Below, piece by piece: positions 18,727 to 28,400 of a stretch of DNA of 64,000 nucleotides (its first letter is position 1; every line of letters begins with the position of its first letter). The notes below the pieces were generated by a model. That model searched no databases. It was not told the DNA's origin and worked only from the letters and a program-made list of their open reading frames with translations. The DNA comes from an uncultured virus (IMG/VR IMGVR_UViG_3300033066_000839) (taxonomy: Duplodnaviria > Heunggongvirae > Uroviricota > Caudoviricetes): the IMG/VR virus record IMGVR_UViG_3300033066_000839. The stretch is one strand, 5' to 3'. The position numbers were made by a program, and so were the translations under genes.

Positions 18727-20006
18727 TGAAGCGCATACTCTGCTTTTTTGATTATCATACTACTACTGGATATGGCACAGTTACCAAAAACTTGGTAAGA
18801 CTGATAAAAGATTATTTCGGCGATAAAATACAGCTAGATATACTTGCCATGAATTATTTTGGCAAACCGTACATGCTACCCGACAAAAGCACTGTTGTAA
18901 TATCGGCTGCGGAAATAGGTAAGGATTCTGGTAAAACAGACCCTATGGAGCGTGACAGGTTTGGTTTCCTAAAATGCCTGAAGACAGGCGACAGGGATAA
19001 TAAGCCTTATGATGGCGTATTCGTGTTAAATGACGTTTCTTTGATAGCACCGATAGTAAGTGTCATGGAAATGCTGAAGCTCGAAAAAAAGACCGCTAAC
19101 CCACCCCAAAAGCAATTTAAGACCATACTATATGCTCCGTCCGATGGCAGGCTATTCCCGCTGCTAATGAAAGACATAGAAAAGCTGGATATGCTCATTA
19201 CCTTTACCGAATATGCCAAAAGGGAAATGGAGGCTGTCAAGCCCGAATTAAAGGGCAAAATCAATATCATACCTCACGGCACTAATACTAAGGACTTTCA
19301 CCCTATTGAAGACAAGGACGCTGTTTTTAAATTCAGGGAGGAGTATTTCTGTGGTGACACTGCTAATAAGTACATTATCAGCAATATAAACCGTAACCAG
19401 CCGAGAAAGGATATACCGAGCACTATATTTGCATTTATGCGCCTAAAGGAGATTTGGCAGGACCACAACATAAAGCCATTCCTTTACCTGCACATGAATC
19501 CCAAAGACCCGCAAGGATGGAATTTACCAGCGCTACTGGCGCAGACTCCCCTTCAGGAACTTGAAGACTACATGCTTATACCTTCTGATATAGAGAATCA
19601 CGGCGCGTCAACTGAAATGCTTAATAAGATATACAATGCATCTGATTTGTATGTTACTACTACGCATGGTGAGGGCTGGGGATTAAGTGTTACCGAAGCT
19701 ATGACTTGTAAAGTACCTGTGGTAGCTCCTTTGAATACTTCTATTAAGGAGATAACGCTCGATGGTGCGCTTATTTATGGCATGGATAAGTTCTACCCTA
19801 GCTGCAATACTGTGGATTGTTTGGTAAGGGAGCGGGTAAGTCATGAGCAAACAGCTACTACCTTGCTAAGGGCTTTTCAACAACGTGGTAGTGTCGGTCA
19901 GAAAGCCATGATAGATGCTGCGTATGAGCACGTCAGTAAATATACTTGGGAAAGTGCGGCTAAGCAGTTCTGCAAGTATTTTGAGCAGGTGTATGGTATA
20001 AAGTAA
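18726..20006 (+). CDS. Glycosyltransferase family 4 (GT-B)
   Basis: TGYG at N-terminus, IPHG, NRNQPRK, EGWGLSVTEAM.C.VPVV. Confidence 0.9.
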   Translation: MKRILCFFDYHTTTGYGTVTKNLVRLIKDYFGDKIQLDILAMNYFGKPYMLPDKSTVVISAAEIGKDSGKTDPMERDRFGFLKCLKTGDRDNKPYDGVFVLNDVSLIAPIVSVMEMLKLEKKTANPPQKQFKTILYAPSDGRLFPLLMKDIEKLDMLITFTEYAKREMEAVKPELKGKINIIPHGTNTKDFHPIEDKDAVFKFREEYFCGDTANKYIISNINRNQPRKDIPSTIFAFMRLKEIWQDHNIKPFLYLHMNPKDPQGWNLPALLAQTPLQELEDYMLIPSDIENHGASTEMLNKIYNASDLYVTTTHGEGWGLSVTEAMTCKVPVVAPLNTSIKEITLDGALIYGMDKFYPSCNTVDCLVRERVSHEQTATTLLRAFQQRGSVGQKAMIDAAYEHVSKYTWESAAKQFCKYFEQVYGIK

Positions 20007-20032
20007 ACATATATTTTTTGTTATTGATTTCA

Positions 20033-20061
20033 GGCTGGTGGTATTTACCGCTGGCTTTTTT
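20033..20061 (+). terminator. Intrinsic terminator
   Basis: ggctggtggtatttaccgctggc followed by a T-run; similar hairpin at 14203-14229. Confidence 0.65.
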
Positions 20062-20090
20062 GTTGCGTAAAAAATATTTTTGCAAAACAC

Positions 20091-20162
20091 TTGTTATTTC
20101 AAAACATAACACTATCTTTGTATCAACAAATCAATTTTAACACTTAAACATTAAGCAAAATG
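20091..20162 (+). repeat. 72-bp promoter+leader repeat (inverted copy at 62743-62814)
   Basis: 70/72 identity by eye; contains TATCTTTG and ends at the ATG. Confidence 0.9.
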
Positions 20163-20417
20163 AAACAAGCAACGTACACAATCGAGTATCAAAAACCTAT
20201 TAAAAGGTTAATCAACAACAAATACTGGAATAGTCATCCTTCTGGTAATAAGGTTAAGGCTGTTTTACGTGTGGGCGGTATTGAAATGTACATGGATGCC
20301 TTTGAAAGGAATAACCCATACGGAGATAGCGAACTTATAGCACCATTGGATGCCATGCAAAGGTTTTTGCAATTCAAAACTATTTTCCCTGACATTAAAT
20401 TAGCGAGAACTAACTAA
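20160..20417 (+). CDS. Hypothetical early protein
   Basis: First ORF after repeated promoter. Confidence 0.7.
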   Translation: MKQATYTIEYQKPIKRLINNKYWNSHPSGNKVKAVLRVGGIEMYMDAFERNNPYGDSELIAPLDAMQRFLQFKTIFPDIKLARTN

Positions 20418-20442
20418 TTGCTTTCTACAAATATACACGACT

Positions 20443-20688
20443 ATGACACTTACAGAGTATTTGAATCAGGAAACACCAGCTTACAAACCAGATGTTGTTC
20501 TGCAATTAGATGAGATAATAACATGGAAGTCTGGTAGCGGTTACGGCATACAAATAAAGCTGCTCCCACAGCACTCTTATTGGGTTGACAAAGGAACATG
20601 CAATCTGTATGTAATGGATGCGGACGGCAACCCTTCAGCGCTATCTTGCTTTCGGTTAGAAAAAAAAATCTCTATTTACGTTGAGTAA
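20443..20688 (+). CDS. Hypothetical phage protein
   Basis: Co-oriented ORF. Confidence 0.6.
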   Translation: MTLTEYLNQETPAYKPDVVLQLDEIITWKSGSGYGIQIKLLPQHSYWVDKGTCNLYVMDADGNPSALSCFRLEKKISIYVE

Positions 20689-20726
20689 CTTAAAAAAGAT
20701 ATAAAGCAGATTAAAAATTAACTATT

Positions 20727-20918
20727 ATGACAACACAATCAAGTGAAGCGATTGAAGATATGATGCGCAGGTCTGAAGAAAATATGCGCTCTAATGCTTT
20801 AGGCATTATGAATATTTATGAGCGCATGGGGAAATATGATAAGGACAAGGCAGAAAAAGCACTTAATGGGATACTGGAGTATATCGAAGAAATGAAGCAA
20901 GAACTAAATGAATATTAA
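20727..20918 (+). CDS. Hypothetical phage protein
   Basis: Co-oriented ORF. Confidence 0.55.
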   Translation: MTTQSSEAIEDMMRRSEENMRSNALGIMNIYERMGKYDKDKAEKALNGILEYIEEMKQELNEY

Positions 20919-20972
20919 CCCTACTAAAAGCAATCAACCAACTTAAAAAAGATATTGAAAAGATAAAATGAT

Positions 20973-21191
20973 ATGGCAATAAGGGTAAAATGGATGCAGC
21001 CTGAATTAGAAGATAATTATGTGCATATACTGTACGATAGCGAATGGACGCTTTGCGGTGCAGCATTTGAAGGGTGGGGCAGTAATGAGCAAGACTTTGT
21101 TAAAACAAGGCGTAGGGCTACATGCCCTGATTGTATCGAGAAGATTAAATTTTGTAAAAACATTAAGTCAACAGAATATCATAAACTATAA
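20973..21191 (+). CDS. Small zinc-binding hypothetical protein
   Basis: VH...TLCG...TCPDC. Confidence 0.65.
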   Translation: MAIRVKWMQPELEDNYVHILYDSEWTLCGAAFEGWGSNEQDFVKTRRRATCPDCIEKIKFCKNIKSTEYHKL

Positions 21192-21213
21192 CCATCTAAC
21201 CAACACTAACCAT

Positions 21214-21489
21214 ATGAATACTACAACAAACCGTATAAAAAGTAAAAGAGAAGCCTTTGCTACTCATTACGGGTTAGATTATGCAGATACAGAAGATTAC
21301 AGATACCAATACGGGCGCACTACACAACCTGTATGGGTGGTTAACGACAAGTATATTACGGTAAGTAAAGTAGGTCAAGCCCCTGCAAAACATCGCAATG
21401 GTATTGAATGGAATTGGGAAGAAATAAAAGATGAGTTTATTAATCGTGATGGGTGGATAATTTGGGAGTCACAAGTTAAAATCAACTAA
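21214..21489 (+). CDS. Hypothetical phage protein
   Basis: Start revised to MNTTTNR after an A-rich leader. Confidence 0.6.
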   Translation: MNTTTNRIKSKREAFATHYGLDYADTEDYRYQYGRTTQPVWVVNDKYITVSKVGQAPAKHRNGIEWNWEEIKDEFINRDGWIIWESQVKIN

Positions 21490-21493
21490 CCAT

Positions 21494-21724
21494 ATGAAAG
21501 GTACAATTACTTGGCTCGAAGCCACAATGCCTAATATAGTTGAAATACCTATTAACGAAAATGAAGGTATAGAAGATACTATTACCGTAAAGGTGAAAGA
21601 CAAAGAAGGTAAAGAAAGTGATGCAAGATATAACCACGTACATGATTTATGGGAATTTGAAACGGGTGGATTTGATACTGATTATACCATTACCCACTTC
21701 GCATACATAAACGAACCTGAATAA
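21494..21724 (+). CDS. Hypothetical protein (DUF551-like end)
   Basis: Ends ITHFAYINEP. Confidence 0.55.
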   Translation: MKGTITWLEATMPNIVEIPINENEGIEDTITVKVKDKEGKESDARYNHVHDLWEFETGGFDTDYTITHFAYINEPE

Positions 21725-21726
21725 TT

Positions 21727-22056
21727 ATGACATACGAAAAAGTAATAAGAGTAGCGGTATTGTTAGACTATAAAGGATTTACCGAGTATTTTACTGATTG
21801 CAGGCAAACAAACGGGGGCTGGGTAATTGATAAGCCGACATTGGTAGGTCGTGTAAGATACAGAAAAGAGGAACTTAATAAGATACAAAAAACCGCTTTG
21901 AGTGAAGCGCACCATCGGTATAGCCGAGAGGTTATTTGCTACGAAAGTGATAAAGATACTTATTTGGATAAAATCAAAAGCATACTACTCGATGACTTTA
22001 ATACTCGCTATGCTCAAATGCATGAAATTGCACAGAAACTAAAACCAAGTAAATAG
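21727..22056 (+). CDS. Hypothetical phage protein
   Basis: Tightly packed ORF. Confidence 0.6.
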   Translation: MTYEKVIRVAVLLDYKGFTEYFTDCRQTNGGWVIDKPTLVGRVRYRKEELNKIQKTALSEAHHRYSREVICYESDKDTYLDKIKSILLDDFNTRYAQMHEIAQKLKPSK

Positions 22057-22063
22057 AATAAGG

Positions 22064-22366
22064 ATGAAAATGAAAGAGCTAAAATATTGGAATGGTAGAT
22101 TTACATTAAATGGTTACAAAGGGCAACTAAGTATAAATATTGCAGCGTACAGTAAAGCAGAGGCAGGGCGCATCCTAAAGCAAGCATATGGCGGTATGGC
22201 TGTTAACGAATATGCGGAGATTACAAAATACTTTAACAACATGTGGGGGAACGCAATGCAGGGAATATCTGTTAGCGAACCATGTGCGTACATTACCAGT
22301 CCGAGCCATTTACTTGATATACCCCCAACAATGATTTATCCAATCAATAAATTTAATACTAAATAG
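22064..22366 (+). CDS. Hypothetical phage protein
   Basis: LKYWNGR...IAAYS..EA...WGNAM. Confidence 0.65.
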   Translation: MKMKELKYWNGRFTLNGYKGQLSINIAAYSKAEAGRILKQAYGGMAVNEYAEITKYFNNMWGNAMQGISVSEPCAYITSPSHLLDIPPTMIYPINKFNTK

Positions 22367-22403
22367 CCTCACTTTCAGTCACACCACGTTAAAAACAAAC
22401 ATT

Positions 22404-22589
22404 ATGACCGCACTGGAGCTAACGACACGAATAGTATTATTTTTAATAGGAGTGTTATCATGGCATTGGTACATGACGCTTATACATGTGCCGTACAACC
22501 TAAGATGGGACTACAAAAAAATTGCAGCTTCAATATTGATTATGATTATATGCTTTTACTTGGCATTTCACAATATAAACACCCAATAA
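22404..22589 (+). CDS. Small two-TM membrane protein
   Basis: Two hydrophobic helices. Confidence 0.55.
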   Translation: MTALELTTRIVLFLIGVLSWHWYMTLIHVPYNLRWDYKKIAASILIMIICFYLAFHNINTQ

Positions 22590-22623
22590 GTTCACAACCT
22601 GTTTAAGTGTTTAGTATAATAGG

Positions 22624-22651
22624 GCTGCCCCTTTCTAGGGGCGGCTTTTTT
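22624..22651 (+). terminator. Intrinsic terminator ending the left-arm transcript
   Basis: gctgcccct-ttct-aggggcggc followed by tttttt. Confidence 0.8.
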
Positions 22652-22656
22652 AATGT

Positions 22657-22691
22657 AAAAAGGCTACCATAGCATCCCGCTACAATAGCCT
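22657..22691 (-). terminator. Intrinsic terminator of the minus-strand peptide gene
   Basis: Reverse complement aggctattgtagc-gggat-gctatggtagcct then a T-run. Confidence 0.7.
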
Positions 22692-22724
22692 TTCAAGTCT
22701 CTTTAAAATCCTTCCAGAAGGAGA

Positions 22725-22832
22725 TTACTTTACTTTGTAGATTACATACGCTAACATGCTAATCATAATCAGATTGTGCACGTTTGTACCTCCTAAAAAG
22801 TTTGGACTCTTAATGTTTAAAACATCACCCAT
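22725..22832 (-). CDS. 35-aa membrane peptide (not in ORF track)
   Basis: MGDVLNIKSPNFLGGTNVHNLIMISMLAYVIYKVK; TATATTTG promoter near 22873-22880 and own terminator. Confidence 0.7.
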   Translation of the reverse strand: MGDVLNIKSPNFLGGTNVHNLIMISMLAYVIYKVK

Positions 22833-22917
22833 TTTGATAATTTTTTTGGATTACTGTGAAAAATAATGTAAGCAAATATAGGATATTTATTATAATTTTA
22901 CCAAGCAACAAAAATTT

Positions 22918-23130
22918 ATGGATATTCAACCAGCAGCAGAGGCAAAACCGCTCAATATTGAGGAGCGAATGTCTAAAATGGAAAAAGACCTTGAATGGCA
23001 GAAATTAATACATCGCAACATAGCATCGGACGGCAACATATACCATTACTGGAATATCCTGCCAATCATTGCATGTGCCAGTGGTATAGGCGTGGTTATA
23101 GGCATCGTTGTTGTAAAGGTTTTTAAATAA
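22918..23130 (+). CDS. Small protein with C-terminal TM
   Basis: Hydrophobic C-terminus ending in K. Confidence 0.65.
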   Translation: MDIQPAAEAKPLNIEERMSKMEKDLEWQKLIHRNIASDGNIYHYWNILPIIACASGIGVVIGIVVVKVFK

Positions 23131-23136
23131 TCTTGT

Positions 23137-23244
23137 ATGAAAATTACACTCAAAGACTTTCCGTACCTAATGCTGGCTACAGCAACATTTGCTGCGGCAG
23201 TGGTGTATTTTACTATACGACAAAATAATAAACAACATGGATAG
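23137..23244 (+). CDS. 35-aa membrane peptide (not in ORF track)
   Basis: MKITLKDFPYLMLATATFAAAVVYFTIRQNNKQHG. Confidence 0.55.
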   Translation: MKITLKDFPYLMLATATFAAAVVYFTIRQNNKQHG

Positions 23245-25234
23245 CATTGCAGCGGAGATACCAGCTATAGAGGGTGGAAATTATCAATTCCCTAATCCAT
23301 TTGGAAGTTTTACCAGCATTAAGGTGATGCGAGTTAATGAGCACCTGAAGCCAAGTGATGAATATTTTACTGTAGAAGTAACTGTCAGGGCTAAGCAACA
23401 AGATGGTAAAGTCCGTATACAAACAAAGCCCTTACGTACCTATCCGATTAGTGAATATGAACATTTTATGAAAGACCTTATGAATCGTGGCGATGTAACA
23501 AAATATGAAGTCGGTGGCAAAGTTGTCGGTAAAGACGGTGTATTGCCAGATGCTAAGAAAGGTGGTTTTGCCGTAGGCAGAAAACATACCGAAGGTGGCA
23601 TAAAGGGTGATGTTGCTGGCGGTGGTCCTATCGAATTTGAGAAAAATGAAGTTATTATTACCGCTCCAGCCGTACAAGACTCTACAAAGAGACAGTTTGA
23701 GGGTGAAATGCTTACCAATAAGGAAATACTATCCCGTATCAATCAATCTGGCGGTGGCGTAGCTATATTTGAGGACGGCGGCGACATAAAAGCGCATGAT
23801 TGCGGGTGTACAGGTAAGATGTACAATTACGGTGGTAAGATGATGTCCGACAACGACATTTTAAGTGATATAGCCAGCGGGGATTACAGACCAGAGTGGC
23901 AAAAACGCCAAGATGAGTATAAAAAGCAGGAAAGCGTAGCCTATAAAAAAGGTGGCGCTATCGGGTACTATCTTACGGACTTTGAGAAACATATATTGAA
24001 AAAGTTTAAGTCTGGCGGCGTAGTTAAAACAAATATTAACAGGAGCGCCCATGACAAGGTTAAGCGGCTTGAGGAATCTGGTTATGTTTATGCCGTTCCA
24101 GAGCGGGATGGTGAGTGCATGTCGGTATATGTTACCGAGCATGGCACTAACATGCTTAATGACCATGATGACAACCACTTCAATACCGATTCTGAATATG
24201 ATTGCGGGTGTGATAAGGATAAAAAATACGAGTATGGTGGTGAGGTTGAAGCCATGAAAGGGGTAAAAGTTACCTATGACAACGGCGATACCACTACTAC
24301 CAGCGTTAATCCGAATGTATCTGATGACAACATACGGGAATATTTCAAGGTAGGCTCTACGGTAAATATCGGCGATGGACCTGATGATAAGATGGTAAAA
24401 ATTACAGATGTAGAAATACTTGATAAAAAGGGTGGCAAAAAATACCAGTATTTTAAAGGCGTAAGCGCCAGCTATGATAACCAATTTCAGGTTAATAAAG
24501 CTATTGAAGAGTTGGTAGATACCGTACCTGCAAGTGACATGACAGTAGAAGAAAAAGCCTTTTTACTGTATTATAGCGGTTATGGTGGTTTAGAGAAATA
24601 CGGCGCTACTGGTAAAGGATTGTTATATGAGTATTTCACTCCGTCCGATATAGCTAAAAAAATGTGGGCTTTGGCTTACAAATACGGATATAAAGGTGGT
24701 AAAGCATTAGAGCCATCTTGCGGTATTGGTGAGTTTATACGATATGCGCCGAGTGAAAATCTGGTAACTGGATTTGAGATAAACGAATACAGCGCTAAGA
24801 TATGCCAGATACTATACCCTATGGCTACTATTATCAGAAAGGCATTTGAGACCAATTTCATTAAGAATAACAGCTCTATACGTGGTAATGTCGGGGCACT
24901 GGATAAATACAGCCTTGCTATCGGCAATCCCCCTTATGGTAGCATGGGTGGTATCTATGCTGGTATGGGTGAGAAGTCATACACCAAAAGCAATAACTAC
25001 ATTGATTATTTCATAACTCGCGGTCTTGACCTTTTAGAGAAAGACGGTCTACTGATATACATTATCGGAACTGAAGTAGCTGCTGGCGGTGTGCCGTTCC
25101 TGCAACAAAAATCAAATCCCGTAAAAACAGCCATTGCTCAAAAGGCAATATTGCTGGACGCTTACAGGTTGCCCAATGGTGTATTTGAGAGAACAGATGT
25201 ACTTACCGATATAATTGTACTTCAAAAAAAATAG
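23237..25234 (+). CDS. Modular protein with C-terminal DarB-like N6-adenine DNA methyltransferase
   Basis: YSGYGGL, EYFTP, LEPSCGIGEF, IGNPPY, RLPNGVF..T.VLTDI; N-terminal half carries repeated xxxGG motifs; start revised. Confidence 0.85.
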   Translation: MDSIAAEIPAIEGGNYQFPNPFGSFTSIKVMRVNEHLKPSDEYFTVEVTVRAKQQDGKVRIQTKPLRTYPISEYEHFMKDLMNRGDVTKYEVGGKVVGKDGVLPDAKKGGFAVGRKHTEGGIKGDVAGGGPIEFEKNEVIITAPAVQDSTKRQFEGEMLTNKEILSRINQSGGGVAIFEDGGDIKAHDCGCTGKMYNYGGKMMSDNDILSDIASGDYRPEWQKRQDEYKKQESVAYKKGGAIGYYLTDFEKHILKKFKSGGVVKTNINRSAHDKVKRLEESGYVYAVPERDGECMSVYVTEHGTNMLNDHDDNHFNTDSEYDCGCDKDKKYEYGGEVEAMKGVKVTYDNGDTTTTSVNPNVSDDNIREYFKVGSTVNIGDGPDDKMVKITDVEILDKKGGKKYQYFKGVSASYDNQFQVNKAIEELVDTVPASDMTVEEKAFLLYYSGYGGLEKYGATGKGLLYEYFTPSDIAKKMWALAYKYGYKGGKALEPSCGIGEFIRYAPSENLVTGFEINEYSAKICQILYPMATIIRKAFETNFIKNNSSIRGNVGALDKYSLAIGNPPYGSMGGIYAGMGEKSYTKSNNYIDYFITRGLDLLEKDGLLIYIIGTEVAAGGVPFLQQKSNPVKTAIAQKAILLDAYRLPNGVFERTDVLTDIIVLQKK

Positions 25235-25237
25235 TGT

Positions 25238-25462
25238 ATGCCAGATAGTTTAATGCAACAACTTGAAGAAAAGATAGAAGAGCAGCTATCTTTGTGTGAC
25301 GGAACAGATACGCCTACGGTGTGTGCGCTTATCAGCACGCCAGAGGGTAAAAAGAAAATAGTAGAGCTGATAAAGAAAAAAATAATACAGCAAAGACTAA
25401 CCATAGGTCAGAGCATTGTTGATATAGAATTAGAATACAACATTAACTCAACCGATAACTAA
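25238..25462 (+). CDS. Hypothetical protein between the two DarB-like halves
   Basis: Tightly packed ORF. Confidence 0.6.
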   Translation: MPDSLMQQLEEKIEEQLSLCDGTDTPTVCALISTPEGKKKIVELIKKKIIQQRLTIGQSIVDIELEYNINSTDN

Positions 25463-25469
25463 TATATTC

Positions 25470-28400
25470 ATGGCATACGATATTATAAACGATACCGATG
25501 TAGAAGTTTTGGAAGATACTACGGTTGAGCAAGTCTCAATCGGAGTGGATTTATTTTCCAATGATGAGTTCTTCAAAATGCACCCCGATAAAATATTGGG
25601 AGAGGCATACAAAACATCTGGCAGGTTTGGAGAGGTTACTAAATACAGGGGGGATATAACAGCGTTGTCTTTAATTGACGCGGATGAAAGTTTTATTGGT
25701 GCTGACAAGGCGTTGATAGACCCTTTGGCTTCTAATTTTAACGATGTAAATACCGATGCGGCTGGATTACAGCCAGAGGTAGCAAAGGTTATTGAACAGG
25801 CAATTTCTCAATCCGATAACGAGGTAGAGGGCACAAAAAAGAAACGTGCTAGGAAAATAGAGATTGAGGATGAAGGTGTAGTAACACCACAGGCGGAGAC
25901 ACTTTCCTTCTATGACGTTTATAATGCTTATAACAAGGACATAAGTATTGAGGAACTCAAAGTATACGTTTGGAATAAAACAGCCATAGGTAAGCCGCTA
26001 AGTAAGTATTATGTCTCCATATTCGACCCAGAGCGCTTTGATGCTGACGAGGATTTAAGGGAGACCTACAATTATACCGTATCGCAGGAAACAATAGATG
26101 AGTGGGTATCTCATGGATTGCTTTTCTATTTTAAAGGTAAGCTCATACCAGCGTATGAATACCTAAGCGGTAACATGTACGATAAAAAAATACAACTTCA
26201 ACATGATAAGGAGAGTATTATCGCCAAGTTTGGTACGGAGGCGTTTGAAAAACAGGAGACCTCAATTACGGAGGCGTTTAGAAAAATATATGAAAAAAGG
26301 TTAACCATTGGTGGCGCTAACGGGTTAGTTGTATTGCCAATCAGTAAGTTTGCTGCGGACTTTAAAATATCACGTATTGAGGAGCTCCCCGAAGAGATGC
26401 CTTTTAAGATAAAGCGTGTAACGGCAGCTTCCGATAGCAAGTACGGGCAACCCGATATACTCAATGATGATAAGGTTTATAGTGACCGTGACAGGCATAG
26501 TTTTGAGGAGCTAAGCCTGCGTGATGCGTTTAATTTCTGGTTGATAAAGTATAAGCCGCAATTAAAGCAACCGATTACCCACTATGATATAGTGAAATAC
26601 TATGTGCTGCAATCTGCTATACGCATAGACTATGACGCAGAGGATAGTAATTCTAAGAAAGCAGCAGAAGCGAAGCGTGAGAAGCTAAAATCATCCACGC
26701 AAGCCGAAGGGGAACGCCTGTTCTCAATATTCCTTGAAACACAGCTATTGCCTAATGATAAGATAAGGCTGGAAACACAATGGAATAGCGATTATAACAA
26801 CTTTTTACCGTTTGACCCTAACAAGATACCCGTAGCCTTTACAATGGCTAAGTATGTGGGTGGTAAGCTCGAAGAACTGCGCCCAGAAAAAAGGGAGGCA
26901 GTGGCTTTCGTAATGAATAACGGTACTGGCGTACTGGCGTATGACGTAGGGGTTGGTAAAACACCTTCTACCATATTTACTATATCCGCGTTTTTAGATG
27001 CTGGATATTGTAAGCGCCCGCTTATCGTAGTGCCTAACCAAGTGTATAAGCAATTTATCAGTGAGATAAAGATGTTTGCACCTCATATACCTATCATCGA
27101 GGGCTACAACTTGTCAAAGGAATATGTTGAAAATTTCATCGGCTCAAATGGACAGGTAGAATCTTCACCATCGGGCAGTATTACTGTAATGACATACGAA
27201 GGTATGGAGTTAATAGGTTTTACCGATGCTACCCGTGACAGAATGCTTAGTAAGCTATATGATATACTCAATCAGGGTGGCGCTTCAGAGCAAGCAAGCG
27301 GTAAGAAAGGTGAGAAGCAAAAAGCCTCTTTCTTAGAGCGCCTTGAAATGCTGGTAGGTAAGGGTATGCGCGGCGGTATGTACAACATTGAGGATTTCGG
27401 TTTTGACTTTATCACTTATGACGAAGCACATAAGATGAAAAAAGTATTTACCAGCGTTAAGGGCACAGCCGAAGAGGACAAAAAATCAGGTAAGGTTTCC
27501 AGAGGTAAAAATCCATATGTTATCAGTAGCGGTACACCTTCAAGCATAGGTTTGAAAGGGTTTATGCTCAATCAGTATATACTGGAACAAAACAACTATA
27601 AAAACATACTGCTGTTAACGGCTACTCCATTTACCAACTCACCATTGGAGATATTCTCCATGATGTCTATGGTAGCTTATGAGCAACTACGTGAAACAGA
27701 CCTTTACAACATTAAAAACTTCTTTGATACTTACATTAAAACAAGTACCGAATTAGTTATCAATACCAAGTTAAAACCTCAATTTAAACAGGTTATACTT
27801 GGGTTCAATAACCTTATATCGCTGCAATCGTTGATTCGCAGGTATATCCTGTATAAGACGGGTGAAGATGTCGGGGTATTGCGACCTAAAAAATATGTAT
27901 TGCCTTACGTAAAGGTTATCGAAGACGGCATATTAATGCAACTGCCAGAAGATAAGCGTGTAGAGACCTACATAGAAATGACACCATTGCAAAAGCGCAT
28001 GATGGATAGTGTTATTGCGTATGTTGAGAATGGTACTCCGCTTACGGATTCGTATGAAGGAACAAAGGACGAGGGTGATATTGACGAAGAAAATGAAGAT
28101 ACCACAGAAGGTATAGAAGTAGATGAAGATGCACTCGATAGTAACCAGAAAGCAGGTGTAAGGACTATTCGCGGTCTTGCTTTCAGCCGCAATATTGCAC
28201 TAAGCCCGTATTTATATGATTATTCGGGATTAGGAGACCCTACAGCGCATGAATACATTACAACGAGCCCTAAGCTCACCTATGTGATGCAATGCGTTAA
28301 AAGCGTCCGTAATTACTGTATCGCTAACGGTCAACCCGTAGCAGGTCAAGTTATATACATGGATAGGGGTATTGAATATTTCAAGCTCATCAAAGAATAC

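Noticed and set aside
20687..20955. 16-bp direct repeat aacttaaaaaagatat flanking ORF 20727
   Set aside because: Short and AT-rich; probably a mosaic junction or gene remnant, with no evidence of a mobile element.
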